Shown here: positions 24,364-32,000 of the stretch, piece by piece
How positions within the stretch are numbered: the first letter of the stretch is position 1
How the letters are laid out: every line of letters starts with the position of its first letter
NCBI GenBank assembly: GCA_024407725.1
Contig: JAKSVZ010000008.1
Coordinates: 1-32,000 of the forward strand
Length of the DNA: 32,000 nt
Direction of reading: 5' to 3'
Source of the DNA: Opitutales bacterium
GTDB taxonomy: Bacteria; Verrucomicrobiota; Verrucomicrobiia; Opitutales; UBA9783
Position numbers and translations under genes: made by a program
Notes under the pieces: generated by a model
What the model was told of the DNA's origin: nothing
What the model saw: only the letters and a program-made list of their open reading frames with translations
Database searches by the model: none

Positions 24364-26091
24364 TTACTTCACTTCCATCAATTTTTTAAGCGATTGCATT
24401 TCGTCATTAGCGCCCAACCAATTACCCCAAATAAAATTCCACAAGGCCACGGAAAGCCGCACTTGGATAACGTACTCTGTTGGGTTTTTGTAAAATTGTT
24501 TTATCTGAATCGGGTTATTCGAAACACTGGAAAAGCTTTTATCAAAATAATCGGCCACAGAAACTGCTGGAGCGTAAGAACGGGTCGACAAGTTCGGATG
24601 ATCTGACAAATAATCCAGTCCGTTTTTCAAATCCTGAAGTTTTTTGGCAACAATCACATACTGTTTGTACACGCTAAAAAACGCAAAGGGTTGATTGCTT
24701 CGTTCCGAACGGTCGCTTAGCCCATAAATAGGATAGGTACGGTACGTTAGAACTTGCTGCTTTATGCACAAAAACGGTTGTACCGAGGCATTAGGAGCAA
24801 TGCCCCCTACGCGCGCCATATAAGGATTCCATGTATGTTCGATAAACTGGTCTACCGACTGAATCACCTTTGTGCTGGCCAAACTGGGCATAAATTGCGT
24901 TTCCAACACCTCAACCATGCGGTCATCACTCAATACAAACCGTTGGTCATTGCCTGTAAAAACCTCATTGCACGTTCTCAGGATGCCTTGAACAATGGGA
25001 TAAAGCATCTGAGCTTTCGCATGGCAGTGTTTAACCACCCGATCGTTCGAAGCCTTTGCGATACGCTCCAACCTGCTGTAACAGTTATCTAAATACTGCC
25101 TTAATCCATCGAAATTCAAGTGATTGCTTTCGTAAATCGTACAATCCATGAATTTTGATAAGGAGCGATGAGAAGCCACCCGATTAGAATCATGCTGAAA
25201 ATAACGCCCTAAGGGGGTATGGGGTTCGGCAGAAAAGCTGCTTTCGAGGGTTATGTATTCCCCATCTTGTTCAAAACGACACGTACAGCGCAATCCATCT
25301 TGGATAAAAGTATCGAATAGTGCCTGAAGCATAGGAAACGGAGCTAATTGCCTGACTGCATCCATAACAACCTCACAATGCACACCGTTCGCGCATCCCC
25401 CGTAACGTTTTAGGTCGGTTAAGCCATCAGGTAAATCTTTCACCCATGCGTCCGATCCATAAACATAAAGCTGATAATCATCGTTCTGCTTCGACCCTTG
25501 TGCCCGCAACGTATAACCGGCTATGGGGGTCAAAGCTAGCGTACGAATCACCTGACTTTCTGGCTGAGCCTTAAACACAAATACTGGTTCCAAGCCCCAA
25601 GTCATACTGGGAAACAAATGCACACAGCAAGCCGTTTCTGAATCCAAACCAACATAAGGCTCACTGCCCAAAAATCCCGTTAATACAAACGGCGCAACCA
25701 ATTCAGTTCCGGGCAACACTAGATCTGCAAACTTAAGCAATTGCTTAACGCCGTCCTGCAAATTGCGGCTGTACACCGTAACAATGGGCTTTCGCGGTAA
25801 TTGAGCATAACGCTCGAAAAAGCGCATCGCACCATCATAAATCAGCCCTTCCCAGTCGATTGTCGCGTACCACGATACGTTAAACGGCACCCTGAGCTCT
25901 TTTTGCGAAAAAACGCTAAGGCCCGAATAAACCCAATCATTTTTGGCAATAACGGGAAGTTGTACGCTTTGCGCCTGCTTTTGAAGAACAAGGGAGGGTC
26001 GTTCTATCAACCGCACACGTTCGTGACCCACAGAAGCTGGTTGGTAGGTACATACAATCAAACTAAGTAAATAGGCAAATAATTCGTCCAC
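24364..26091 (-). CDS. hypothetical protein (up to 575 aa), no domain recognised
   Basis: Long uninterrupted ORF whose composition resembles its neighbours. The most upstream start is a GTG at 26091 with no Shine-Dalgarno, and an in-frame stop lies two codons further upstream. Alternative GTG/TTG starts occur within the first 28 codons, and the first ATG is codon 89. Hydrophobic N-terminus LFAYLLSLIVC. Multiple Cys, no TM segments downstream. Confidence 0.6.
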   Translation of the reverse strand: MDELFAYLLSLIVCTYQPASVGHERVRLIERPSLVLQKQAQSVQLPVIAKNDWVYSGLSVFSQKELRVPFNVSWYATIDWEGLIYDGAMRFFERYAQLPRKPIVTVYSRNLQDGVKQLLKFADLVLPGTELVAPFVLTGFLGSEPYVGLDSETACCVHLFPSMTWGLEPVFVFKAQPESQVIRTLALTPIAGYTLRAQGSKQNDDYQLYVYGSDAWVKDLPDGLTDLKRYGGCANGVHCEVVMDAVRQLAPFPMLQALFDTFIQDGLRCTCRFEQDGEYITLESSFSAEPHTPLGRYFQHDSNRVASHRSLSKFMDCTIYESNHLNFDGLRQYLDNCYSRLERIAKASNDRVVKHCHAKAQMLYPIVQGILRTCNEVFTGNDQRFVLSDDRMVEVLETQFMPSLASTKVIQSVDQFIEHTWNPYMARVGGIAPNASVQPFLCIKQQVLTYRTYPIYGLSDRSERSNQPFAFFSVYKQYVIVAKKLQDLKNGLDYLSDHPNLSTRSYAPAVSVADYFDKSFSSVSNNPIQIKQFYKNPTEYVIQVRLSVALWNFIWGNWLGANDEMQSLKKLMEVK

Positions 26092-26257
26092 AATTTAACA
26101 ACTAAACGCTTTAGGAAGATTAACTTTTTACCCAAAGTGTAAGCTATCAACATGCCAAACGCAACCACGAAAGGGATTAGCTTCGTTCAAAAGCACATTA
26201 AAACCAACTATAAGGCTGGACGTGCTTACAAATTTCATTCATAGTAAAGCCAAAGCT

Positions 26258-28906
26258 ATGAATGAACAGCGTTGTTTAGGGAAATCCTATCTGCACGATA
26301 GCATTCAAAACAAGTGGAATCAGCGTTGGCAAGAGGAACATTGCTTCGAATTTAAAGCAGGCTCTTCACAACCAACTTTTACCGTTTTAATGCCCCCTCC
26401 AAACATTACTGGCATCCTGCATATGGGGCACACGCTTAACGCCACCCTGCAGGACATTCTCTGCCGCTGGGAACGCCTTCAAGGGAAAAACGTTCTTTGG
26501 ATTCCTGGGACCGATCATTCCGGTATCGCAACGCAAACCAAGGTAGAAAAAATCCTAAAAGCAGAATCAGGCGTCACCCGTCAACAATTAGGACGCACAG
26601 CCTTTTTGGAACGCGTCGAGCAATGGCGCGAAAAACATGGCACTATCATTTTTGAACAACTCAAAACCTTAGGGGTTTCTTGTGATTGGACGAAAGCGAT
26701 CTATACCCTAGACCCTGAATACAGCCAACTCGTACAAAGCACCTTTGTTAAGCTTTACGAGCGCGGGTACATCTACAAAGGTAAACGCTTGGTCAATTGG
26801 TGTCCGGTGTCGCAAACCGCTCTCAGTGATGAAGAAGTGTTGATGAAACCAACCGAAGGTAAATTGTATACCGTACGTTACGCGTTGGTAGAACATCCGG
26901 ATCGCTTTATTGAAATTGCTACAACACGACCTGAAACTATCATGGGAGATACCGCCATTGCAGTTCATCCCGATGACCCACGTTATACAAAGCTCATTGG
27001 GTGTCACGTACGCTGCCCCTTCGATGCTCAACGCACAATCCCCGTTATTGGAGATGCTGCTGTAGAACAAGATTTTGGTACAGGAGCCTTAAAAATCACC
27101 CCTGCGCACGACCCAACCGACTTTGAAGTCGGTAAGCGCCACCAATTGCCGTTCATTGAAGTAATCGATGCAAGCGGTCACATTAACCAACAAGGCGCGC
27201 CGTTCGAAGGAATGGATCGCATGGAAGCAAGACAAGCTGTTGTTGATGCTTTGCGAGAAAAGGGGCTATTGGTTAAAGAAGAGGCTTATAATCATTCGGT
27301 AGGGTATTCCGAACGCGCAAATGTACCAATTGAACCCCGTTTATCGGAACAATGGTTTTTGCGTTATCCCAAAACCGAAGAAGCAAAAAAACTTGCGACC
27401 CAAAGCTTGATTCAATTTATTCCTGAGCACTGGATTAAAACTTATCTGCATTGGCTCGATAACCTGCAAGATTGGTGCATCAGCCGTCAATTGTGGTGGG
27501 GGCATCGCATACCCGTTTGGTACAACAAACAGGAACCAACGCGCCTACATGTTTCGGTTACGCCGCCCAGCGACCCCGATAATTGGATTCAGGATCCTGA
27601 TGTGCTGGATACGTGGTTTTCCTCATGGTTATGGCCTATTGGTACCCTAAAATGCCATTCAACCGCCACCATGGATTTACTGAAGTTAGCGCTACCAACC
27701 AACATTTTGGTATCCGGCTCCGACATCCTATTTTTCTGGATTACGCGCATGCTCATCGCCACATTGGAATTGCTGGAAGATAGACCCATAGAACAACGTA
27801 TTCCGTTCAAAAAAATCTATTTAACCGGTATTGTGCGCGATTCCTTAGGCCGCAAAATGTCGAAAAGCCTAGGTAATTCGCCCGACCCTGTTGATTTAAT
27901 CCATAAATACGGGGCAGATGGCGTGCGCATCGGCTTAATTTCGATTGCTCCTCAAGGGCTCGATATCCGCTTTGACGAACAGGCGCTGGTTCAAGGGCGC
28001 AATTTCTGCACTAAATTATGGAATGCCTGCCGTTACCGCACCTTGCAAAGCGCATGCGGTTGCTATAACACCTTGGATGATTATTTCACGGCGATTTCAG
28101 CCCATAACTTATCGCTTTACGACCGTCATTTACTGCATCAACTTTCGAAGCTCATAAAGGCTCATGTTGCGTATTTCCAACAATGTGCGTTTACGCCAGC
28201 CATCAAAGCCTTGCAGCAAGGATTCCGCGACCTGTTTTGCGATTGGTACCTAGAGGTTCAAAAGCAACAATCGGCGCCTAATTTCCCAGTTCAGGACCTG
28301 TTTTTACGCCAAATTCTTCTGTTGCTCCATCCCTATGCTCCTTATGTGACCGAAGAGCTTTGGGAACAGCTACAGTTAGGTGATGGCTTAATTCACACAG
28401 CAGAACTTGGTTTGGAGCGCGTTGAACAATGGATTCAAACGCTCAACGCTCCTCATACGCAGGCTATTGATTCTATCGAATGCTTACGTCAGTTGGTAGG
28501 CGAACTGCGGTCATTTAAATCGGAACAGAATGTACAATCGCCGGTTATTTATGGCATTTTGAATGAAAATTATGCGTCTTTGTGCCAGCAACAACAGGCA
28601 TTAATCATAAAACTCGTTGGTCTTAAAGACCTACAGTGGATTTCCAAACCCCTACAGGGAGCCGCACAAAAGGTATTAACCAGCGGAAGCTTTTTCATTG
28701 AATCGAACACGGTTAATGAATCGCTGAACACAGAACAAATTCAGCAATCCATTGCAACGCTAACCCTGCACATTCAAACGGCGAACCAAAAGCTTAACAA
28801 TCAGCAGTTCTTAGCTCACGCTCCGAAAGCAGTTATTGAGGGAGTTCAGCGCCAACTCGACGAAAACCGTAAGAAGTTAGAAGCGTTACAAAAGCTCTTA
28901 GGCTAA
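26258..28906 (+). CDS. valS: valine--tRNA ligase
   Basis: Contains the HIGH motif PPPNITGILHMGHTLN and the KMSKS motif GRKMSKSLGN. The editing-domain length and the C-terminal coiled coil (FLAHAPKAVIEGVQRQLDENRKKLEALQKLL) fit ValRS. Start set to the ATG at 26258 (MNEQRCLGKSY...), which fits homologue N-termini. The ORF-track GTG at 26222 has a better Shine-Dalgarno (TAAGG) and remains possible. Confidence 0.95.
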   Translation: MNEQRCLGKSYLHDSIQNKWNQRWQEEHCFEFKAGSSQPTFTVLMPPPNITGILHMGHTLNATLQDILCRWERLQGKNVLWIPGTDHSGIATQTKVEKILKAESGVTRQQLGRTAFLERVEQWREKHGTIIFEQLKTLGVSCDWTKAIYTLDPEYSQLVQSTFVKLYERGYIYKGKRLVNWCPVSQTALSDEEVLMKPTEGKLYTVRYALVEHPDRFIEIATTRPETIMGDTAIAVHPDDPRYTKLIGCHVRCPFDAQRTIPVIGDAAVEQDFGTGALKITPAHDPTDFEVGKRHQLPFIEVIDASGHINQQGAPFEGMDRMEARQAVVDALREKGLLVKEEAYNHSVGYSERANVPIEPRLSEQWFLRYPKTEEAKKLATQSLIQFIPEHWIKTYLHWLDNLQDWCISRQLWWGHRIPVWYNKQEPTRLHVSVTPPSDPDNWIQDPDVLDTWFSSWLWPIGTLKCHSTATMDLLKLALPTNILVSGSDILFFWITRMLIATLELLEDRPIEQRIPFKKIYLTGIVRDSLGRKMSKSLGNSPDPVDLIHKYGADGVRIGLISIAPQGLDIRFDEQALVQGRNFCTKLWNACRYRTLQSACGCYNTLDDYFTAISAHNLSLYDRHLLHQLSKLIKAHVAYFQQCAFTPAIKALQQGFRDLFCDWYLEVQKQQSAPNFPVQDLFLRQILLLLHPYAPYVTEELWEQLQLGDGLIHTAELGLERVEQWIQTLNAPHTQAIDSIECLRQLVGELRSFKSEQNVQSPVIYGILNENYASLCQQQQALIIKLVGLKDLQWISKPLQGAAQKVLTSGSFFIESNTVNESLNTEQIQQSIATLTLHIQTANQKLNNQQFLAHAPKAVIEGVQRQLDENRKKLEALQKLLG

Positions 28907-28958
28907 AGCCTATTTTGGGCTTGCCAAAGCAAAGGCTGGACGCTTGGATAAGAATATA

Positions 28959-30212
28959 ATGGATCGTTCTTTGCTGCAACGTATTGTTATTACCGGTGTT
29001 GGGTTAACCGCGCCTAATGGCAATTCTCTAACCGAGTTCCGCAAACATTTATTGGAAGGGTATTCCCGTATTCAGCGCATCGACATGCGTTATATGGGTC
29101 TTGTGCTCGCCGGCGTATGCGCTTTCAACGCAAACGAATATCAAACCAACAAGGAAGTACGCATTGGAACGCGCGCAGGGTCTATTGGAATTTATTGCGC
29201 CCACAAAGCGCTTGAAGATAGCAAGTTGGAGCTAGAACAATTGGATCGCAGCCGCATTGGAACCTATATCGGTATTACCGAACATGGCAATGTGGAAACG
29301 GAAAATGAGGTATACGAAATTTCAAAGTTTGGTTACGATACCAAGTTTTGGAACCATCACCATAATCCGCGTACGGTTGCTAACAACCCAGCCGGTGAAA
29401 TTTCAATCAATTTAGGCATTACAGGCCCTCATTATACCATCGGTGGAGCTTGCGCCGGAGGCAACCTTGGAATCATTCAAGGGGTACAAATGCTCCGGTT
29501 GAATGAAGTCGATATAGCGCTGGTCGGTGGAGTCAGTGAAAGCATTCATACCTTTGGTATTTTTGCTGGATTTAAAAGCCAAGGAGCGTTAGCCGAACAT
29601 GCTGATCCCAACAAAGCCAGCCGTCCATTCGATGATGCACGCAATGGAATTGTTATTAGCGAAGGCGGATGCATTTTTATCTTAGAGCGTTTGGAATCCG
29701 CACTCAAGCGCCAAGCCCCAATTTATGGGGAAATAGTAGGCTATGGAGTCAATTCTGACGCAGATAATACGGTGCTTCCCAACAGCCAACGTCAAGCGGA
29801 ATGCATTCAGTTAGCCTTAGCAAAAGCCAATTTAAAGCCATCGGATATTGATATTGTTAATACCCACGCTACTTCAACGGTTTTGGGCGACCGCAAAGAA
29901 TGTGAAGCGTTAAGGCACGTATTTGCAGAAGCCCCCAACACGCATTTTAACAACACAAAAAGTTTTATAGGTCATACCATGGGAGCAGCAGGTGCGCTCG
30001 AATTGGCAGGCAACTTGCCTTCTTTTGAAGATAAGCAGGTACATCCTACCATCAACGTTGAACACTTGGATCCAGCCTGTAACCTAAACAATTTAGTCAT
30101 AAACCAACCGAAATCTTTACCCGCAGTTAACACCATTCTTAACAATTCTTTTGGCATGATGGGAATTAACTCGGTGGTTATTGTTCGGCGTTGTGACTCC
30201 AATTCTTTTTAA
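28959..30212 (+). CDS. beta-ketoacyl-ACP synthase, KAS I/II (FabF/FabB-like, Cys-His-His) family
   Basis: N-terminus RIVITGVGLTAPNG. Active-site Cys in TIGGACAGGN. His residues in VNTHATST and FIGHTMGAAG. C-terminal NSFGMMGINSVV. Start at the ATG at 28959; the in-frame TTG at 28944 (the ORF-track start), preceded by AAAGG, is an alternative. Confidence 0.85.
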   Translation: MDRSLLQRIVITGVGLTAPNGNSLTEFRKHLLEGYSRIQRIDMRYMGLVLAGVCAFNANEYQTNKEVRIGTRAGSIGIYCAHKALEDSKLELEQLDRSRIGTYIGITEHGNVETENEVYEISKFGYDTKFWNHHHNPRTVANNPAGEISINLGITGPHYTIGGACAGGNLGIIQGVQMLRLNEVDIALVGGVSESIHTFGIFAGFKSQGALAEHADPNKASRPFDDARNGIVISEGGCIFILERLESALKRQAPIYGEIVGYGVNSDADNTVLPNSQRQAECIQLALAKANLKPSDIDIVNTHATSTVLGDRKECEALRHVFAEAPNTHFNNTKSFIGHTMGAAGALELAGNLPSFEDKQVHPTINVEHLDPACNLNNLVINQPKSLPAVNTILNNSFGMMGINSVVIVRRCDSNSF

Positions 30213-30218
30213 TTAACT

Positions 30219-30470
30219 ATGGAAAAAGACGTACGCCAAATAATCATTGATATTATCACTACGATTGCTCCTGACGCAGACACATCTAACTTAAATGATG
30301 AACTTCCCTTGCGCGATCAACTAGGATTAGACTCCATGGACTTCTTGGATATTGTGCTGGAACTTAGAAAACAATACGGAATTGATGTTCCAGAAAGCGA
30401 TTACAAGCAACTCGAAACCTTAGCTTCTTGCGTTGCTTATTTAACGCCCAAATTCAACGCTAAGCATTAA
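30219..30470 (+). CDS. acyl carrier protein (phosphopantetheine-binding)
   Basis: 83 aa, acidic. The attachment motif LGLDSMDFLDIVLEL matches the DSxD/helix II pattern. The start is 6 nt after the ketosynthase stop. Confidence 0.8.
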   Translation: MEKDVRQIIIDIITTIAPDADTSNLNDELPLRDQLGLDSMDFLDIVLELRKQYGIDVPESDYKQLETLASCVAYLTPKFNAKH

Positions 30471-31780
30471 TCTTTAAAATCTTCTTCAGCTGCTTGCATG
30501 AGCGCTTGCAGCTGTTCCGCACACTCTTGTTGAGTGCTGCTTTCCACCAAAAAACGCAATTTGTTCTCGGTACCCGAATAACGGATATGGATGCGTTTTG
30601 CCGATGTTAAGCGTTCGCGCAGCTTGTTTAAATGGCTCAATTGCTCTAACGGAAGCTTTTGCTTAACCGGCAATGAAGCTTCTGCCTTAGGGCACAAATG
30701 AATTTGCTGCGCGCGTTGATATAACGGTTGCTGCTGAGCTAACGTTAACAGGCGCAACAGCACCCGCAAACCATCCCCAGTTGGAGCTTCATCTTTCAAA
30801 ATAATATGGCCTGACGATTCGCCGCCTAAATTTCCCCCCACTGATTCCAGTGCATAAAACACCTCTCGGTCGCCAATTCCACATTGGATAGTCTCAATTC
30901 CCAACGAACGTAAGGAATCGCTCAGCCCTGAATTACTTTGTTCGGTACACACCAAACAGTTATTTTTCAGCTGATGATGGGCAAAAGCATCGATTGCCAA
31001 TAATCCCAACACGCAATCGCCATCCAACAACGACCCTTGTTCATCAATCACCCGCAAACGATCCCCATCGCCATCCTGAGCAAACCCGAGCCATGCTTTT
31101 GAATCCACTACCGCTTTACGTAATCCCTCTACATGCTCACTGCCACACTGCTCATTAATATTGCGGCCATTGGGGTCATTGCCCAATGAGACAACCTCTA
31201 GCCCCAAATAACGCAGCAAAGGCAAGGTAGTAAAAACCGTAGCACCATTGGCGGTATCCAACACAATTTTACGCCCCGCAAACGCATTGGAAGTTAATCG
31301 CTGCTTCCAATAAGCCAACACATAGTCACTACCCGATACCGTTTGAATGACCGAACAACGGGTGTTTTGAAACCTTAAGCCTTCCGCCACCTGCTCAATG
31401 GCTTGCTCCGACAAACGCGATAATTTAGCACCGTTCCCACCAAACAACTTAAAGCCATTGTCGGTATAAGGATTATGAGAAGCGGTAATCGCTACCCCTA
31501 GCGCCATTTTTTCATGCTCTACATAAAGCGAAATACCGGGGGTTGGCGTTATACCTAAGAAAACAATACGCGCATTTGCACCCATTCCATCCGCAAACGC
31601 TTGCGCTAACGCTGGGCCTGATTCACGTGTATCCCAGCCGACAGCTAGCTTTAATGGCAGCCCTTGATTCATCAACCAAGCGCGGCACGCTTGACCTAAA
31701 AGATTGAATCCTTCTGGGGTAATCGGAAACTGCCCTACTTGGCTGCGAATCCCATCGGTTCCGAACGCAATGCGATTCAT
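30467..31780 (-). CDS. glmM: phosphoglucosamine mutase
   Basis: 437 aa. N-terminus FGTDGIRSQVG, phosphoserine loop GVAITASHNPYTDNGFKLF, metal loop FAQDGDGDRL and sugar loop GGESSGHI. Confidence 0.9.
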   Translation of the reverse strand: MNRIAFGTDGIRSQVGQFPITPEGFNLLGQACRAWLMNQGLPLKLAVGWDTRESGPALAQAFADGMGANARIVFLGITPTPGISLYVEHEKMALGVAITASHNPYTDNGFKLFGGNGAKLSRLSEQAIEQVAEGLRFQNTRCSVIQTVSGSDYVLAYWKQRLTSNAFAGRKIVLDTANGATVFTTLPLLRYLGLEVVSLGNDPNGRNINEQCGSEHVEGLRKAVVDSKAWLGFAQDGDGDRLRVIDEQGSLLDGDCVLGLLAIDAFAHHQLKNNCLVCTEQSNSGLSDSLRSLGIETIQCGIGDREVFYALESVGGNLGGESSGHIILKDEAPTGDGLRVLLRLLTLAQQQPLYQRAQQIHLCPKAEASLPVKQKLPLEQLSHLNKLRERLTSAKRIHIRYSGTENKLRFLVESSTQQECAEQLQALMQAAEEDFKD

Positions 31781-32000
31781 GCTTGTTCTTTAAAAACACC
31801 CATTGAACGGAACTTAGCAAAACGTTGCGCCAATAAGGTAGCGGTCGATAGCCTTTTTAACGCCTTTAATTCGCGATCAAGCACGGTTTTAATCGATTGC
31901 GCACACGCTTGTACATCGGTATGAGCACCCCCTAAGGGTTCTTCAATAATCCCATCAATCACCCCAAGCTTTTTCAAATCAGATGCGGACAACTTTAATG
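31777..32000 (-). CDS. accA: acetyl-CoA carboxylase carboxyltransferase alpha subunit, C-terminal part only (5' end beyond the right window edge)
   Basis: C-terminal sequence ...SASDLKKLGVIDGIIEEPLGGAHTD...LKALKRL...LLAQRFAKFRSMG matches the AccA tail (g.iD.ii.EP.GGAH.d ... R..K.r.mG). The frame stays open to position 32000; the M in the ORF track is a TTG/Leu. The stop overlaps the glmM start by 4 bp. Confidence 0.8.
   Translation of the reverse strand, partial: LKLSASDLKKLGVIDGIIEEPLGGAHTDVQACAQSIKTVLDRELKALKRLSTATLLAQRFAKFRSMGVFKEQA

Noticed and set aside
24341-24366. Possible bidirectional terminator between tRNA-Arg and the convergent 575-aa gene (TAAGCC ... GGCTTA).
   Set aside because: It has only a 6-bp stem with a 14-nt A-rich loop and no flanking T-run. 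The 3' arm includes the stop codon of the 575-aa gene. It is too weak to call.
26167-26173. Search for a duplicated tRNA-Arg 3' end (att-like direct repeat) that would mark the 575-aa gene as a tRNA-integrated island.
   Set aside because: The best match I could find by eye is a 7-nt ACGAAAG at 26167-26173, which is not significant. No integrase or recombinase gene is present in the window.
28906-28922. Hairpin AAGCC-tattttg-GGCTT just after the valS stop, as an intrinsic terminator.
   Set aside because: It has a 5-bp stem and no U-tract, and the ketosynthase gene starts about 35 nt later, most likely on the same transcript.
1-32000. CRISPR arrays, tandem repeats, IS elements, rRNA genes, and riboswitch or T-box leaders.
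   Set aside because: Reading the intergenic gaps (all 166 nt or shorter) showed no repeat-spacer periodicity, no inverted terminal repeats and no recognisable conserved RNA motifs. The aaRS genes have short or no leaders. A computational repeat or covariance-model scan would be needed to exclude small elements formally.

Overview
This window is a gene-dense stretch (about 32 genes, very short intergenic gaps) of a bacterial chromosome with GC in the low 40s by eye. It is dominated by housekeeping genes. These include four aminoacyl-tRNA synthetases (argS, pheS, aspS, valS), ribosomal proteins (rpsU, rpmI, rplT) and rRNA methyltransferases (rsmA/ksgA, rsmI). Also present are uppS-cdsA, glmM, a partial accA, kdsD/kpsF and one tRNA-Arg(CCG).

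Several accessory or poorly understood genes sit between them:
- An AT-rich radical-SAM enzyme with a Cys-rich SPASM/twitch-like tail lies in a rodZ-like / DUF151-nuclease / argS gene string.
- A five-gene, translationally coupled envelope operon runs ABC ATPase, ABC-2 permease, GldG-like, DUF4340-like, then an 815-aa membrane-anchored AsmA-like protein.
- An orphan CesT-family type III secretion chaperone-like gene is present.
- A 3-beta-HSD/NSDHL-like dehydrogenase is present.
- A 575-aa protein with no recognisable domain lies next to the tRNA.
- A stand-alone ketosynthase + acyl carrier protein pair is present.
- Sugar-nucleotide genes (RmlC-like, DegT-like) and a GT-A-like glycosyltransferase are present.

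The T3SS-chaperone-like gene, the RodZ-like gene and the rpmI-rplT-pheS order without pheT suggest a PVC/chlamydia-like, host-associated organism. This lineage call is inference only.

I found no CRISPR array, IS element, integrase, rRNA or obvious prophage. No complete, clearly novel multi-gene system is proven from sequence alone. The best candidates are the envelope operon (10048-17212), the orphan radical-SAM gene, the orphan chaperone and the 575-aa unknown protein. Several ORF-track starts are alternative codons (TTG/GTG) shown as M, and I re-picked starts where homology argued for a downstream ATG.
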